From positions 1 through 48,957 of the forward strand of contig JAHBMJ010000362.1 in NCBI GenBank assembly GCA_018398765.1: a stretch of DNA of 48,957 nt. Direction: 5' to 3'. Below the pieces are notes generated by a model. That model saw only the letters and a program-made list of their open reading frames with translations, made no database searches and was not told where the DNA came from. The position numbers and the translations under genes are program-made. The stretch is from Chromera velia. Taxonomy: Eukaryota. This document shows, piece after piece, positions 32,673 through 45,252 of this stretch; within the stretch, counting starts at the first letter, position 1; each line of letters begins with the position of its first letter.

Positions 32673-35385
32673 TGTGTCTGTCTGTCTGTCTCTCGCTCTC
32701 TCAGGGAATATGGATGCTTCCTCCCGTAGACAGGGGAAGCCGCGCGTTTCTGTTCCTCGACTGCGAGGGGGTCCAGACAATGTGAGTGGGTGCATGGGTG
32801 TTGTTGGCAGAGTGGTCAGGGTGGGGAACGAAAAGAAGCGGCATGCAAGGGGCGGCTTTCACTTTTCTTCTTTTTCTTCTGCTCTTTTTGCCTGCATCTT
32901 TTCCCTGGAAGCAAGAAGAAGTTGGGGGATGGGATGTGCGCGTCGATTTGTCGATCCCTGGCTTTTTTCTTTTGCGTGTCTGAGGAGACTCTCGTCCATT
33001 CCTCACCCTGTTTGCGAACAACACGAACGTGGACTCTGTCCCATAGATCATCTTTTTCTCCTTCTATAACTTTGGGTCTTCCCTTTCTTTGCTCCTCAAT
33101 CCCTCCCCCGCTTGTTTTCTCGAAGAGCAGTCAGGAAACTAATTGCTATCTGTCTTGCTTGATTGTCCCTTCTGAGTATCTCCTGAAATTCTCTCTTTGT
33201 ATTTCTTGCTGCTCCTTTTTATCCCTTTGTGCAGACGCGCAAGCGACTCCCCAGTGTTCTCTTTGGTCAGCACCTTGTCGTTGATCTGCTTCCCCAACTT
33301 GTCTTTCTTGCCTTTGGCGTTTGACCGAATACTTTCTTCCCTTGAGCCTTTTCTCTGCTGCCATTCCCCTCGGTCTCTAGCATCAGAAATCTTTTTGTGT
33401 CTGCTCATCGAAGGCAAAGAAAGTTTTATCCGTTCAATGATGCATCTTTTTGGGTCGAGGGGGCACATCCTCGGTGAGAGAAAATTCAATTTGCGTTCAA
33501 AGCTTTCCCTCCATATCTACTGTGACTCTGCTGTTCTTTTTGCCCCTCTCTTTGCCTCAAGAAGTCCGAACCGAAAGATTTAAATTCTCAATTCTGTCTC
33601 TGCCTCCCTGCCTGCATGCCTGTTTGCCATCAGGCCTTCATGCTCGCCTCCTGCTTGGTGTATAACGTCGAAGGTCAGCCATTTAGGGGGCTGCCGAGTG
33701 AGGAGACGCAGAGGCATGATGCAATTATGAGGAAGAAAGCGAGAGGCGCCAAGCCCCGAAGTGTTCTTCATTATTGCTTCCTTTCCTTTGGTCTCAAAAG
33801 GTTTCTCTTTTTTTCGGGCCCATGCACCCTTGGAATTGTGGACATCTTTTTTTCCTCTTATGCGGGCTTCTCTTCTTGCGCGCGAACGAAAAACAGAGAC
33901 GAGAAGCTGCTTCTGAAAAAAAAAAATCAGTCGCCTGTCGAAAAACAACCAAGGTATCCTCCCCACGTCCTGTCAGCAATCAGTGCCACTCTCCCTTTCC
34001 ATAAACCTGCTTGGATTTTTGTGTCATTCTGGTCTCCTCTCGTTAGTATGACGTCGTTGCATATTCTTGTGTGTTGCAACTTTTTTCGCATGCAGGTCCG
34101 CTGAACAACGTCTCTCTTGGACCTCTCGCCCACCTTCCCTCTCCCTCCAGTCTCGCCGTCTCCTTCCACCTGACCCCTACCGCAGATGGGGGGGGAAGGG
34201 GAGGAGGGGGGAGGAGAAAGTCGGTGGGGTTCTCGGAGGTCTCCGAAACCTCAGACGGCACAGGGGTGATGACGAAGTCGGGAGAATCGGAAAAGTCAGG
34301 CACCCCCGGGTTCGGTCAGGGGACCGGCAAGGGAAATCCCAGCGAGAGGGAGTGGAGGCCTCCTGCCCTGGTTCTGTGCGTGAGGGACTTTGACTTCGTC
34401 CTGGAGGATGCAGCCACGGGGGAGCAGATTCTGGCTAGACAGGTAGGTGAGGTGAGGGGTGTAGAGGGAAGGAATTAAAGGGGTGCTCTAGATGGATGTC
34501 TTCAAGGCGGTTGCGCCAGGAGGGTGTGTGTCTCTTCTGTTTTGAAGCAAACGAATAGAAAGATACGTGTGAATAGGGGAGTTGCCTCAAAGAAGAATGC
34601 CACTTTGCCATGAAAAAGTCTTTCTTCTTTTGCGTTTTTTAGGCCACCTTTCTCTGTCGCTTCTTCCTTCCGTCCCCCCCCCCCCNNNNNNNNNNNNCCC
34701 CCCCCTGTGTGCGTGTTTGTGTTGTCTGCGAGTGTGGCTATCTGTGTGTATTTTTACGTGTGAGTGCAGTATCTTGACCAGGCGATAGAAGAGAACCTGG
34801 ACCCTCAAACGAGGTCTGTTTGTTCGTTTGTTGACTGCATGGATGGCCTCTTTGATTGCGGGCAGGCGGGCGGGTATGTTCTTTTTGTTGGTTGAATTCC
34901 CTCCATGCATTCATCTGTCGGTCTTCTGTATGTATTTTTGTTTCTTTTTGCTTCCTCCTCCGCTTTCTTTCCTCTTCTCTTGTCTTTCCCGCCTGAGAAA
35001 AGGGAAGGAAAGAAAAAAGGCTTGATTGACTTGTTCTGGACTACTGGTGAGATGGGAAGGGAGATCGAAGGGAAAGGATTCAACGGAACTCCAGTACCCT
35101 CCCTGCTGCCCCACCCTCCCTCGGTTGAGGCGGCAGAAAAATATTTCCTTCTCTTTCTCTCTCTTAGATGTAAGTATGTGGGTGGGCATGAGAGGCTATG
35201 AACGTGTTGATGGGTGGGTCGTGCATGACTTTGTGTGCAGGCAGTTGCTGTGGCAGACTGCAGATCGTCGTGAAGCAGTGACCTTTTGCTCTCCCCTGAC
35301 GCCTGCCGATTCAAAGAGAAGACTCGCGTCCCTACCTCTGGGTGCACTGCCTGAGGAGGTTGGTGGGGGGGCGNCTCGGTGTGTG

Positions 35386-35431
<46 letters not shown>

Positions 35432-36954
35432 TCCAAGATAGTGTTCTCGAGGTGAGAGACCTCATTGAAGACGCGGCTGCCGCCAACATTCACGCGTCTT
35501 CTTTCCGAGTCACTGGTGCGTCCAGAACGGGGGCAAGGAAGGGAGGAAAACGGTAGAAGAAAAAGGGGCAGGAGGGAAGAGAGACGGTAGAATGAGAGGT
35601 TCCTTGAGGGAAAAGGGGGCCGTCAAAAGAGTGACAGTAGGATTGTTTTTCTTTTTTTTTCATTCCCCCGGCATGAAACTACCCTTTCGACCGAATAACT
35701 TCTCTCTTTCTTCGCGCCTGATCTTTTTTCATCAGGGGCCTCATTCTTTCAAAGAGCGCTTTGGTTCGCCCGCATGTTTGGTTCCGCGTTTTTTTTCCTC
35801 TTCCTCCTCGAGGGGAGTTTCTGTGGGTGCGTATGTGATTACCTCTATGCGCATGTACGGTAAAGCTTTTCTTGCTGCTCACGCTGAAAGGTCTTTTCGT
35901 TCCTTGAATGAATCCACAGGCCGCGCGCTGCTCCGCTTCCTCGAAAGTGCTGTGAATGCCCTCAATAGGAGGCGGCAGGCCAGCACAGAGAAGGATATAG
36001 ACCCAGAGGAAGAATGGAAGGCTGCGGCAGAGGCTGACATAAGGGGGGAAGTGCAGAAGGCAGGTGAAGGCTTTCGGAAAAGGGCTCTCCAGGCAGTGGT
36101 GAGTCATTTGTTTCGAGTGGAGAGTTCAAACAACCCTGTCCTTGTTTGCTGGTGCATCAGATTGCGCATGCAGAGTCCAGAGAAAAAAACATATTCGACA
36201 GGCCTGAACTCTACTTTGGAAACATTTTTGGAGGTATCACTGTTTATTGTTCCCCTCTTCAGTGTTTGTCGATTTAATATCACTCCATTCCTTTTCGCCT
36301 CTCCTTCCGTTTCTTGAGAAGATCGACTCGCTTTTCTTCTTTTTCTTCTCCTTCTTTGTCTGCCTGCAGGACGGCAGACCTCTGAATGAGAGGGAGCTCG
36401 AGACCCGCATGGAAGCCCGCATGGAAGAAGAGAAGGGGGGGGCATTGGAGGACCTGCGCCGAAGGATAGCGGGGTCTTATGTGCAGAGAGAGGCCGCAGA
36501 GAAGACGCTGATGAAGTCCATGAAGGCGGCGGAGTCAGAAGCGAAGGTCCAAAATGACAGGAGGGCGAGGGAGGAGTGTGTACAGATGCTGCAAAGAACA
36601 TTCGGGGAGATGGAGAGGAAAGTTGACAGGGGTGCGTACACTTCTTTGGATGAGGTCGCGAGGGACGTGGCAGACCGAAGAGACGAGTCAGTTCCTTCCT
36701 TGCACGTTTTGTTGATGTCGCGTGAAGTTCTGACCAAACAAATTCGCACCATGCTTACCGAGATAGTCTGGGAGGTCGGTTGGCAAAGAAGCAGGTGTTT
36801 CTTTTTTCGCGGACACAAGAAAGAGATCCATCTTCGGCACCCTTGTTGTTTGTCTCTTCCGTTTTCCCGCCCCACTTTTGTTTCCTCTGTTTTTTGTGTC
36901 TCTAGGAATGCCTCAGTAGTGCAGCTGAACAATTCCACACAACGGTTTTTTTGT

Positions 36955-37008
<54 letters not shown>

Positions 37009-38459
37009 GCTGTCTGTGCAGATTTCTTCGCAAGGCCGCCGGGCCCACCGAAGTGAAAAATGTCGCGTTGATGGATTATGTGTCTAGACTCCAGGCAAAG
37101 GGTGAGTGGGGGCGATTGTACTTCTCTTCGTCCTTGAATGATATGTCTTTCTCTTGTCCCAATCATTCGTTTGCGTGTGAGCTCGCTGATGGATGCACCT
37201 TTTTAATGATCGATTCTCTGCAGCTTCCCACGCCATGGTTGACAGAGAGACGAGGGCTGTACAAGACGAGGCCGCGAGAGACGCGAAGGAAACCCAGAGA
37301 CTCAAGAGGGAGGTGGGCGAACTGAGGCAAGAACTCTTAGACACACAGGGACTGAGGAAAAAGGCAGAAAAGGAACTTCAACTTCAAACGGCACAAACAG
37401 CAAAGGCTGGGTGAGTGGATGGGTGGGTGCCTTCGTCTTCGTCTTCGTGTTTGTTTGTGATGCATTTAGTTCCTTCCTTTAGTACGGGGGTCAGTCGATC
37501 TGCTGTTTTGCCTTTCGGATTTCTTCTGTTGTGTGTGTGTGTTGGGGGGGGNGGTTTTTCGATTTGACTGAGAGCCTTTGGGGGCCTGATGGTCTTTCTC
37601 GACCTTGATCCTCTCTCTCATCGGGGGGAGAGTAGGTGTTCTCTCTCTGCCTGCATCGGGCAAGAGTAGATCTATCATAGGATTGAGAGAAGAGGGACTT
37701 CTGTTGTATTTTAGAGAAGCTAGACTGTACCTGCCACCTCTGCATCTGCCCAATTTGCACAAGATGTATGCGGTACAAATTGTTCTGTCAAATTTGTTGT
37801 TCTTTGCGAATGATCTCTCCCTCTTCCTCCCTCTGCCTGCAGACAGGAGATCCAAAAGAAGGAGAAAGAAATGTCAGTCAATACACAAACCTCCCTGCAT
37901 GCATCTGGGTCCTCCCCCGTTTCGCTCTCTCTCTCTCTCTCTCTGTCTGTCTCTTTGTTACTCTCTCTCTCTCTCTCTCTTTGTTTCTCTCTCTCTCTCT
38001 TTGTTTCTCTCTCTCTCTCTCTCTCTCTTTGTTTCTCTGTCATCGCCTTCCGTCCATCTTCACTTTCTCTCTTGGACCTCTACGAAAAGGGCAGAAGCAA
38101 ACACAGGCTCAGGTTTTGCGTATCCAGCTTTTTCGTTTGGTTGTGGTTGTCCGCACACACGCATCGAGGGCTCCCTCCTCGACGTCGGACTGCAGGTATA
38201 CTCGTTTTCGATCGCAATTCAAGCTTCCGCCCTTTCCATTTCTTGCAGAGAAGGCAAACAGGCGGAGGTCCGAAAGCTCGAAGAAGAAGCTAAGAAACTT
38301 CAAGAGGCTCTTAAGCAAAAGGTCAGTGAGACTGTTGAGAAAATCAGTGAGTGGCAAAGACATCGAATGGATGGGATAGAGGGTTCAAATCAAACACAGC
38401 CCGTATGCCCACCTGTGTGCCCACCTGTGCGTGCGTGCGTATGCATGTGTGCATGTGCA

Positions 38460-38501
<42 letters not shown>

Positions 38502-39018
38502 TCAGTGAGTGAGTTAGTGAGTGAGATGAGTGTTTGAAAGGTTGACTGAACAAGTGTACAAAGCAAACTCAGAGAAGAAATCCACGCAACGGCATTCTGC
38601 GTGGGTTGGTGATACCCTACATGATTCAGCGGGTGTACAAATGGCAAGACACCGTGCCAATGCAGCAACACGTTGCATCAGCAATCATGTTTTTCTTCGG
38701 GTTGTACAGATGATCTTGCATACTGTGAAATTGACTCGAGAGAAGTCTGTCACACTGGTATGATGCTTTGACCATCGGGAGGCAGACCTAGTCCATAAAG
38801 AATACAAACAAATACCGTAGACAAACACATGATTCTGGGTTTCTTTCGAATTTGATATGTTCCCTTCCCTTCATTCTTCAATGCTGCAGGAGAAGGGGCT
38901 GGCTGAACAGAAGAGGAAGGAGCAGGAGGCAGAGGAGGAGCGGCAAAGGAGACTTTGCTGTGGATGCATTTGCCCTTGCAGATGTCCTTGCAGCCCTTGC
39001 AATTGTACAATCATGTAA
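29278..39018 (+). CDS. Guanylate-binding protein (GBP/atlastin family large GTPase), about 1095 aa, 19 exons: 29278-29632, 30025-30072, 30618-30862, 31164-31878, 32200-32387, 32705-32781, 33235-33265, 33634-33673, 34096-34442, 34770-34813, 35241-35358, 35431-35515, 35920-36098, 36370-36686, 37022-37101, 37224-37410, 37843-37872, 38249-38321, 38890-39018
   Basis: G1 GQTQTGKS, G2 KCTEGIWM, G3 FLDCEG, LASCLVYN, G4 LCVRDF, YLDQAI, VTGRALL..L...VNALN, then a helical/coiled-coil domain and C-terminal CTIM*. All junctions are GT-AG with consistent phases. The low-complexity N-terminal exons are less certain. Confidence 0.9.
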
Positions 39019-40691
39019 AAATCGATGCGTTCAATATGTAGGCTTCATTAATTTCCCATTGAAGAGGAATTGTACTGCGGCATTGAAATTTAAACATTAT
39101 ATAAGGCGCATATCCGAGTCTGCTGGAACATATTTGATTAACCTTGAAGTGACAACATTCTAGCATAAAACTCTAGAAAAAACTGGGATTGATTGATTCA
39201 CTCTTAATAGGTCCCCTATAAAATAGTAAAAAACTATGGTAATTGATGATTGATTGATTGATTGATAGGTTCCGCACTAGGCCTTCCTGCTATGTTAATC
39301 TGTTGCCAGAGCTAGCAGGGGTGGTTAGTTAGTTAGTCAGTTAGTGTTAGTGTGAAAACACTTTAAGTTACCGTGACACTTATATATAGGTGGCAATATG
39401 TTATTAGTTGCCTAAACAGTCTTTAAATTTTTTATTCTTGCAGCATCTTACTCAAAAGGTTTAGACAGATTTAGAAAAAACCTGGAAAAAAACATGTAAT
39501 ATAGAATTGTATAAAAGCTAGTAGGACATTTATTGTATTTTTGCCAAGGGTTTTGCGTATATGTTTTCTCCTTGGGGGGAGTCTGGGCTGTCAAACTTGT
39601 CTCTTCAATGTAGTTTCTTGCCAAACGTTGGAAGCCTCAAAGGCTACTAGGCCAGTAATCTAGGTCAGTTTAGGCAGATGACAATGCTAGCGACGATGAC
39701 GTATAATGATGATGATGCCAGTAATGATAACAGATTCAAATTCATGCTATAGAAAACTAGATAATCTAAAACAGAAGATGTGTAGAGTAAAAACTGATTA
39801 ATACGCGACTGCACATTTCTTTGGTTGCTTAGCTTTAAAGCTTTTGCCATAATTTATCATATTAGGCTTTTAAAAAATGTTGTGCATTCTAAGCCTCGAT
39901 GTGAAGGCGTTGAGATCGAATTTGAATGAAAAACACAGTTAATAGAAGTGTATCCTCGCTGAATTCTATGAGTTCAGTGCCTCTACATCAGATTTAGCCT
40001 TATCTGGCCTTCAAAAATACTTTAAACAGAGTCACAACAGAGTTTAACAGACTATGATCTACACTACACCACACTATGCATACTTTAAGTCCCTCTACTC
40101 TACTTCAGTTCCTACTATATACTACTATATACAATTTTTGTTTTACGATATTACTTCAGTTAAATTGTCAACAGAACATACGTACGGTAATTTGGAGGCA
40201 AGTGAACAACAGAGCCGTTAGGTCTCATCATATATCCCTCATTCCAACTCTCCCTTATGGTTATCCACGGCCATGCTATGACCGTGTTCCAGTCATACTT
40301 TCTCAGCTGCCTAGCCAGTGTAGATTAGTGCAGATCAATCGAAACAAACCTAACGATAGAGAGCCGTCTAGAGAGCGGTAGATAGCATTCGCCAGCCCGG
40401 CTTCCTTCTCGTCGCTTCCCCCCATTTGCATGAGTATGTGTCCGAAGTTTGGCCCTTGCGGCGCCGATCTTAGAATATCCCGCCGCCGCGTACAGTAAAG
40501 TCAGACCCGGTCAGGAAGTGCATGACCGTGCACGAATGCGAGCGACTAAGAGCAAAATGCAAAACGTGCAATTAAGCTCAAAAAGTAATTCTTTACATGC
40601 ATGCAGAAAAATAAATGAAAGAGACTTGGATCGGAAAAAAACATTCAGAAGTACCAGGAGTGGAAATGGTGGACTGTCAGACTTACCCTCC

Positions 40692-40855
40692 TGTAGGTAC
40701 CAGACTGAAGTACTGACTGACTGAACTTATTGCCTCACCTAGCAGTAATATATTGCATTAGACCGTACGGGACGGAAAGGAGGCTGAATGAAATTCTCTC
40801 AACCAGTAGACCAAACTAGACTGGACGGGACTCAAACTTCGATCTGGTACTTAGA
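40692..40855 (+). repeat. Putative short LTR of the second retroelement
   Basis: Begins TGTAGGTACCAGA and ends TCTGGTACTTAGA (imperfect 13-bp inverted termini), upstream of a gag frame. No second copy in the window. Confidence 0.4.
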
Positions 40856-41239
40856 CGATGGGCATGAACCGTCGAGCTTGCAGGCTGTTCTTGCTCCAGG
40901 GGAGGAGATCGGACAGACTGGCAGCAGGGAACTCAAGGGGGAGGAAGGAGAAGGGGAAGAAAGGATCAGAGGGGACGCTGGTGTTGTGGAGACGAGACGA
41001 TATTCCGTCCATACAGGAGGAGATCAAGACAGACTCTGGCATCAGTAAGTCAATCAACCGATACTAACACTCTTTGGAACTGCTTCTCTTCTGCATTTTT
41101 TGCTTGTATTCTTCATTGCCTGGCCCCAAGAAAGACTCACTCACTCAACAGAAAGGCCTACTCAGACTGACAGACACTGGTTGGCCGTTGCATGCACTGA
41201 ATTTTTCTTCCCTCATAAGCCCATTCCTGCAGATTCAAG

Positions 41240-42376
41240 ATGGATGACAGAGAGACGGGTGGAGAAGAGAAGAAGTTTCTGTTCCCTCCCCTCATGGATG
41301 AGTGGATATTCGAGTGCTACCAGAGGAGATGCTTTGTCAAGCGGGATGGTTCGGCAGCCTACCAAGCCATAGCAGACGATGACAGCAAGAGACTCTGGGA
41401 AATTGACCAGATCTTGAGTACGTTGAAGTCTGCCCCAGATGAAAAACAGGCAGTAGGTAGAGTGGTGAATAAGTGGTACGCGGGGGGGATTCAAGATGCT
41501 AACAGCCAGAACGATTCCAAAGAATACTTGAAGCAGATATGGGAAGCGGTGAGGTCCAACTGGAGCGTACCCATCCAGATGTAGAAGAAGAAGGTAACCA
41601 GAGCCCTCCAGGCAGTCGGCCGATACTCTGGCAAGGCTCTCTTCATTGTGAAGCCTAAGAAATTGATTACTGCCATGGAGAACCTTCTAGATCTGGCGGA
41701 CATGTGCAGCCTCATAGTAGCAGATGAGGATGCGGCGCGTTACACACAGGACGGACTTCCCTAGAAGCTGGCCTCCTCACTCAGGACTGGACTCAAGGCG
41801 GATTACAATAAGTTCCAGCCCCTAATCAAGGCCATCCGCGACGAGATCAATGAACACGGCGAGGGGTGTTTTCTGAGTTGGGAGTCAGAGGCCGAGAAAG
41901 AGCAGAGAGAGAGATCAGAACAGTTGAAGGCAAACCTCACAACAACCATACAGCAGCAGCAGCAAAGCCTTCCGGGTCTCCTCATTTGGCAACAGGCACT
42001 GAGGGACGAAATGCAGAATCAAATGTAAGCCTTCTACACAGGGCAAGCGAGTGTGTCTCCTAGGCTTCCCCAGAGACAAAGAGGAGGGTATGGAGGCTCC
42101 AATGCTGCCGTGAGACAACAACCTTGGCCCCGTCAGAGGCAGAAACCATAACAACAATGCAAGCAACAGCAGTAGTGGATGCAACAGCAGTGACACCCTC
42201 AACAGCCACCGTAGCAACATCTGAGACCCAGAAATGCTCCGCCTGCGCTCGGTGGGTGCCAAGACTGCGGGTATTATCGATCGCACCCGTTGTACGAGTG
42301 TTGGGCAGCAGACAACACGTGCCCCGAGTGCGGAATGAGAGGGCACTACGCCCGCTACTGCAGGAATGACCTCCCC
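41240..42376 (+). pseudogene. gag: Decayed gag-like ORF with Gln-rich linker and tandem zinc knuckles
   Basis: One frame with stops at 41582, 41762, 42026, 42149, 42173, 42191 and 42212; ends CQDCGYYRSHPLYEC..CPECGMRGHYARYC (the second is canonical CX2CX4HX4C). Confidence 0.75.
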
Positions 42377-43456
42377 AGCCAAACTTTCATCCCATGGCCA
42401 CAGATTGGCAACAGCATCGATACCACAATCGTGCTTAAATATGAGTATGATATCACACCAAACGAAGAAGCCATTGCTGAAGTGCATAGCCGAGTGTTTG
42501 AAGCTACATTTGGAGAACAGACCGACTTGTTTCTCCATTTTCTTGCACGAGCAATCGGAGGCCACGTTGAAGATAAATATTGGGGAAGATGTATGGGAGA
42601 GCGAAATTCAGGGAAGGGCGTCACTAGCACTCTGCTGCAGAATACATTCAGGAAATACGTCATAAATCCTCTTTCAGAAAAGTTTTTGATGGCTTGAAGT
42701 TCGTTCCATTCAGACCCCGCCAAAGAAGGGGGATGGATGTTAGACGCCGAGTTTGCTCGCTTGGCACTCACCCAAGAAATTGAAATGGATGCTACAAACA
42801 AGGCCGTAAAAATCAACGGCAATCTGATTAAGCGTTTTACGTCTGGTAGAGATGTCCTATGCGCATGCCGTCTGTACAACAACGCCCGTGAATTCCAAAT
42901 CAATGCCCGCTTACTGATGTTCTGTAACGACTGGCAGTGCCCGCCGATTGAGCCTGTCGATGCCTGCGAAACCATGTTTCCGTTTGAAAACGTTAATAAG
43001 TTCAAGTCTGCCGCCTGGTTTGAGCAGCAGCAAGCGGAGTACGGCCATACGGAGAGCTATTTGTCCAGATATAAAGTAGCAGACCCCAATTTCAAAGAAA
43101 AATGTGCAACTGCTAGGTGGATTCATGCCTGTTACCACCTGATTTTTCATCATTATCAGACTTCTGCTTTGATATTGCCTCTCGGGAATGAAGATCCTGT
43201 GGGTGATAGTGAGCAAGATCCTGAAACCATCTGTGAGTGGTGTTTTCGAATTACAGGAATCGAGACAAACATCGTTAGTAATCGTGACTTGGAGTTGTTC
43301 ATTCGTCAGCAAGACCTCAACATCTCAAAAACCAAGCTGCAGCAGACACTCAAAAGAATTAACAGAGGCCAGATACAACCTTGGCGAAGAAAAGATTAGA
43401 GAGGTCTTTGTGGTCTCAAGCTCGCACCGCCTGACAACACTCATTTCGCTTTTTAG
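42377..43456 (+). pseudogene. D5-like superfamily 3 helicase (viral primase-helicase C-terminal part), decayed
   Basis: Walker A GERNSGKG, Walker B-like LALTQE, INGNLIKRFTSGRD, motif C LLMFCND and C-terminal RG.CGLKL. Premature stops at 42695 and 43397; no primase domain. Confidence 0.88.
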
Positions 43457-43613
43457 CGTGATACGTTGTTCATGCTTTGCCCCGCTGCTCAGCCAGCCAG
43501 TTAGGTTCTGCTCATTTGCGTGAATACCACTTTCGCTGCCCATCTTGAATTTTTTCTAGATAACGAGCCTGGTAGAGATGCATCGCACGTCGTTGTGCTT
43601 CTGTAGTTTTCAT
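43416..43613 (-). pseudogene. Small basic virus-like protein (65 aa), two in-frame TGA
   Basis: MKTTEAQRRAMHLYQARYLEKIQDGQRKWYSRK*AEPNWLAEQRGKA*TTYHAKKR; resembles short Lys/Arg/Tyr-rich ORFs of protist DNA viruses (pattern inference). Overlaps the helicase 3' end convergently. Confidence 0.55.
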
Positions 43614-43700
43614 GCCTTCTTTTATAAAATATGCATGCGACAACGATCAACGCACATATTTTTCAGAAGTAGGTATTCTTTCACGTGGATCAAATAGCCT

Positions 43701-44792
43701 TTAGTCTCCGTCCATAAAGTCGTCAAGCTCCTCTTGTAGACTTCTGGATGGTTCTTTCTTCTGTGCAGGTAAAGAACCGCTGCCCTATCTTGAGCTGCTA
43801 GGGCGGGCCTGTGAAGAAAGGGCCTTTATCCACCGCAGAGACTGAGAAGAAGGGGGACGAACGATATGCGTATGAGAAGCCTGGCCAGCATTGCGGAGCC
43901 CTTTGTGCCCAAGATGCCGTTTGCTACCTCTAAAGTCCATAGGAGAGAAAGACGATCGTCTCAAGGCACATTAGGGATACTGATGGCTAGAAGAGAAATG
44001 ATTCAGCGGCTGGTGTTGCTGAGATAGAACATGGGAACTAACAGGTGCGCCGGTGGCAGCAATGGTTCCGGGATCACCCATTTCTGCTGTATCAAATATA
44101 GGATAAAGATTTACGAGTTCAATCTGCAGATATGGAGGGAGGTGCATTTTGAGAAAGTCTTTGAGCTCTGCGCTTAGTGACCAGTATGTGGTGGGGCAAG
44201 ACTTTGTGTCATCGCCGCTCTCCAGCTTGATTTCGGGCTCGTGCATTCTAGCAGCAGCTGCGTAGTCCATGGAATCCTCTACCTCAGAAAAATTGAGGAC
44301 TGCCAGGCGTTCGTCAAACAGCTGGACGTCTTGTCTCACTTTATGATGGTACTCAACGAGCAAGCGGTCCCCGGTGCCCTGGAAATTTGATGCTGGAATC
44401 CATTGGGGATTATCTGGGCCTAATGGGTACTAGTCCTTCCATTGAACTTTATACTGGTTGCGCCTCTCGTCGTAGTCAAGAATTTTTTCGACCTCCCACT
44501 CTGCGTTATCAGAAGATTGGGAAGTTATTAGGCCTGGTTCTTCTTCTGTATTTCTAATTTAAGAAGGATGGATCCCTTTGGCTCTGAGGTATTGGTGAAA
44601 AAGGTTGATGTCGCCGCTTCTTTAGACCTGGAATTCAAACCCAGAAGCCCAACGCAATTCTTGAACACTCATTTTTATGACCTGTTCGTCTGTATGTTTT
44701 CTTTGCCGCTTGCGTGCTGTTTGGTTAGCTTTCAATTCTTCCTGACTCAGGGCAATGTTCTTTGGGATTTGGTGTTCTTCATCCAGGATCAT
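43701..44792 (-). pseudogene. Chromodomain-containing protein, decayed (about 363 aa if stops are read through)
   Basis: EWEVEKILDYDERRNQYKVQWKD*YPLGPDNPQWIPASNF at about 44501-44380 is a chromodomain signature. One continuous frame with five TAA/TAG interruptions; the ATG overlaps the upstream TGA (ATGA). Confidence 0.75.
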
Positions 44793-45241
44793 TCCTGATT
44801 CTGTAGAAAGGTCATAATCAGGTGAAAAATGTCGGACCAGAGTAGATACGCGTTCATTCGGTAGACCTGCTTCACAACCTGGTCACGAAAAGACCGGAAC
44901 GTTGCTAGTATATGAGCGCGAGGAACATTGATGATCCACTCTTGTCGGGACTCATAGAACCGCACTAGGCTTTTGAGCTTATAGTGGCTAAATAAGTCGA
45001 GGAGCAGCCATTCTAGGTGGTCGAGCCGCGTTTGTGTGACCCCAGGTGGAAACACTAGAATACAAATTATATTAAAACCTCACGGATAGCATAAATGGTA
45101 CTGGTCTAGTCTACGGGCGGGTTTTTTTAACGTACTACCGGTTTTGACCAGTGAAGGGGATACTAAGAATGGGTTCTCTAGCGTATAGAGAATTGGGCGG
45201 TTAACATTAATAAGACAGGCAATAGCACCACCAGCAGGCAT
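44789..45241 (-). pseudogene. T5orf172/MUG113-type GIY-YIG nuclease, decayed
   Basis: LYTLENP...LVKTGSTLKKPARRLDQYHLCYP*GF, then after a frameshift near 45070 ...LEWLLLDLFSHYKL...RQEWI, matching the family pattern Y..vKiG.T...RRl.qy...P...E..l...f..y....EW. Confidence 0.68.
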
Positions 45242-45252
45242 AATTTTTCTTT

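Noticed and set aside
34686..34697. Run of N within a poly-C tract
   Set aside because: Assembly gap in a GBP intron, not a biological feature.
41240..44792. Alternative genetic code (TAA/TAG read as Gln) to explain in-frame stops
   Set aside because: Host genes end in TAA/TAG, TGA stops and frameshifts also occur in the decayed elements, and the LTR comparison shows C-to-T decay directly.
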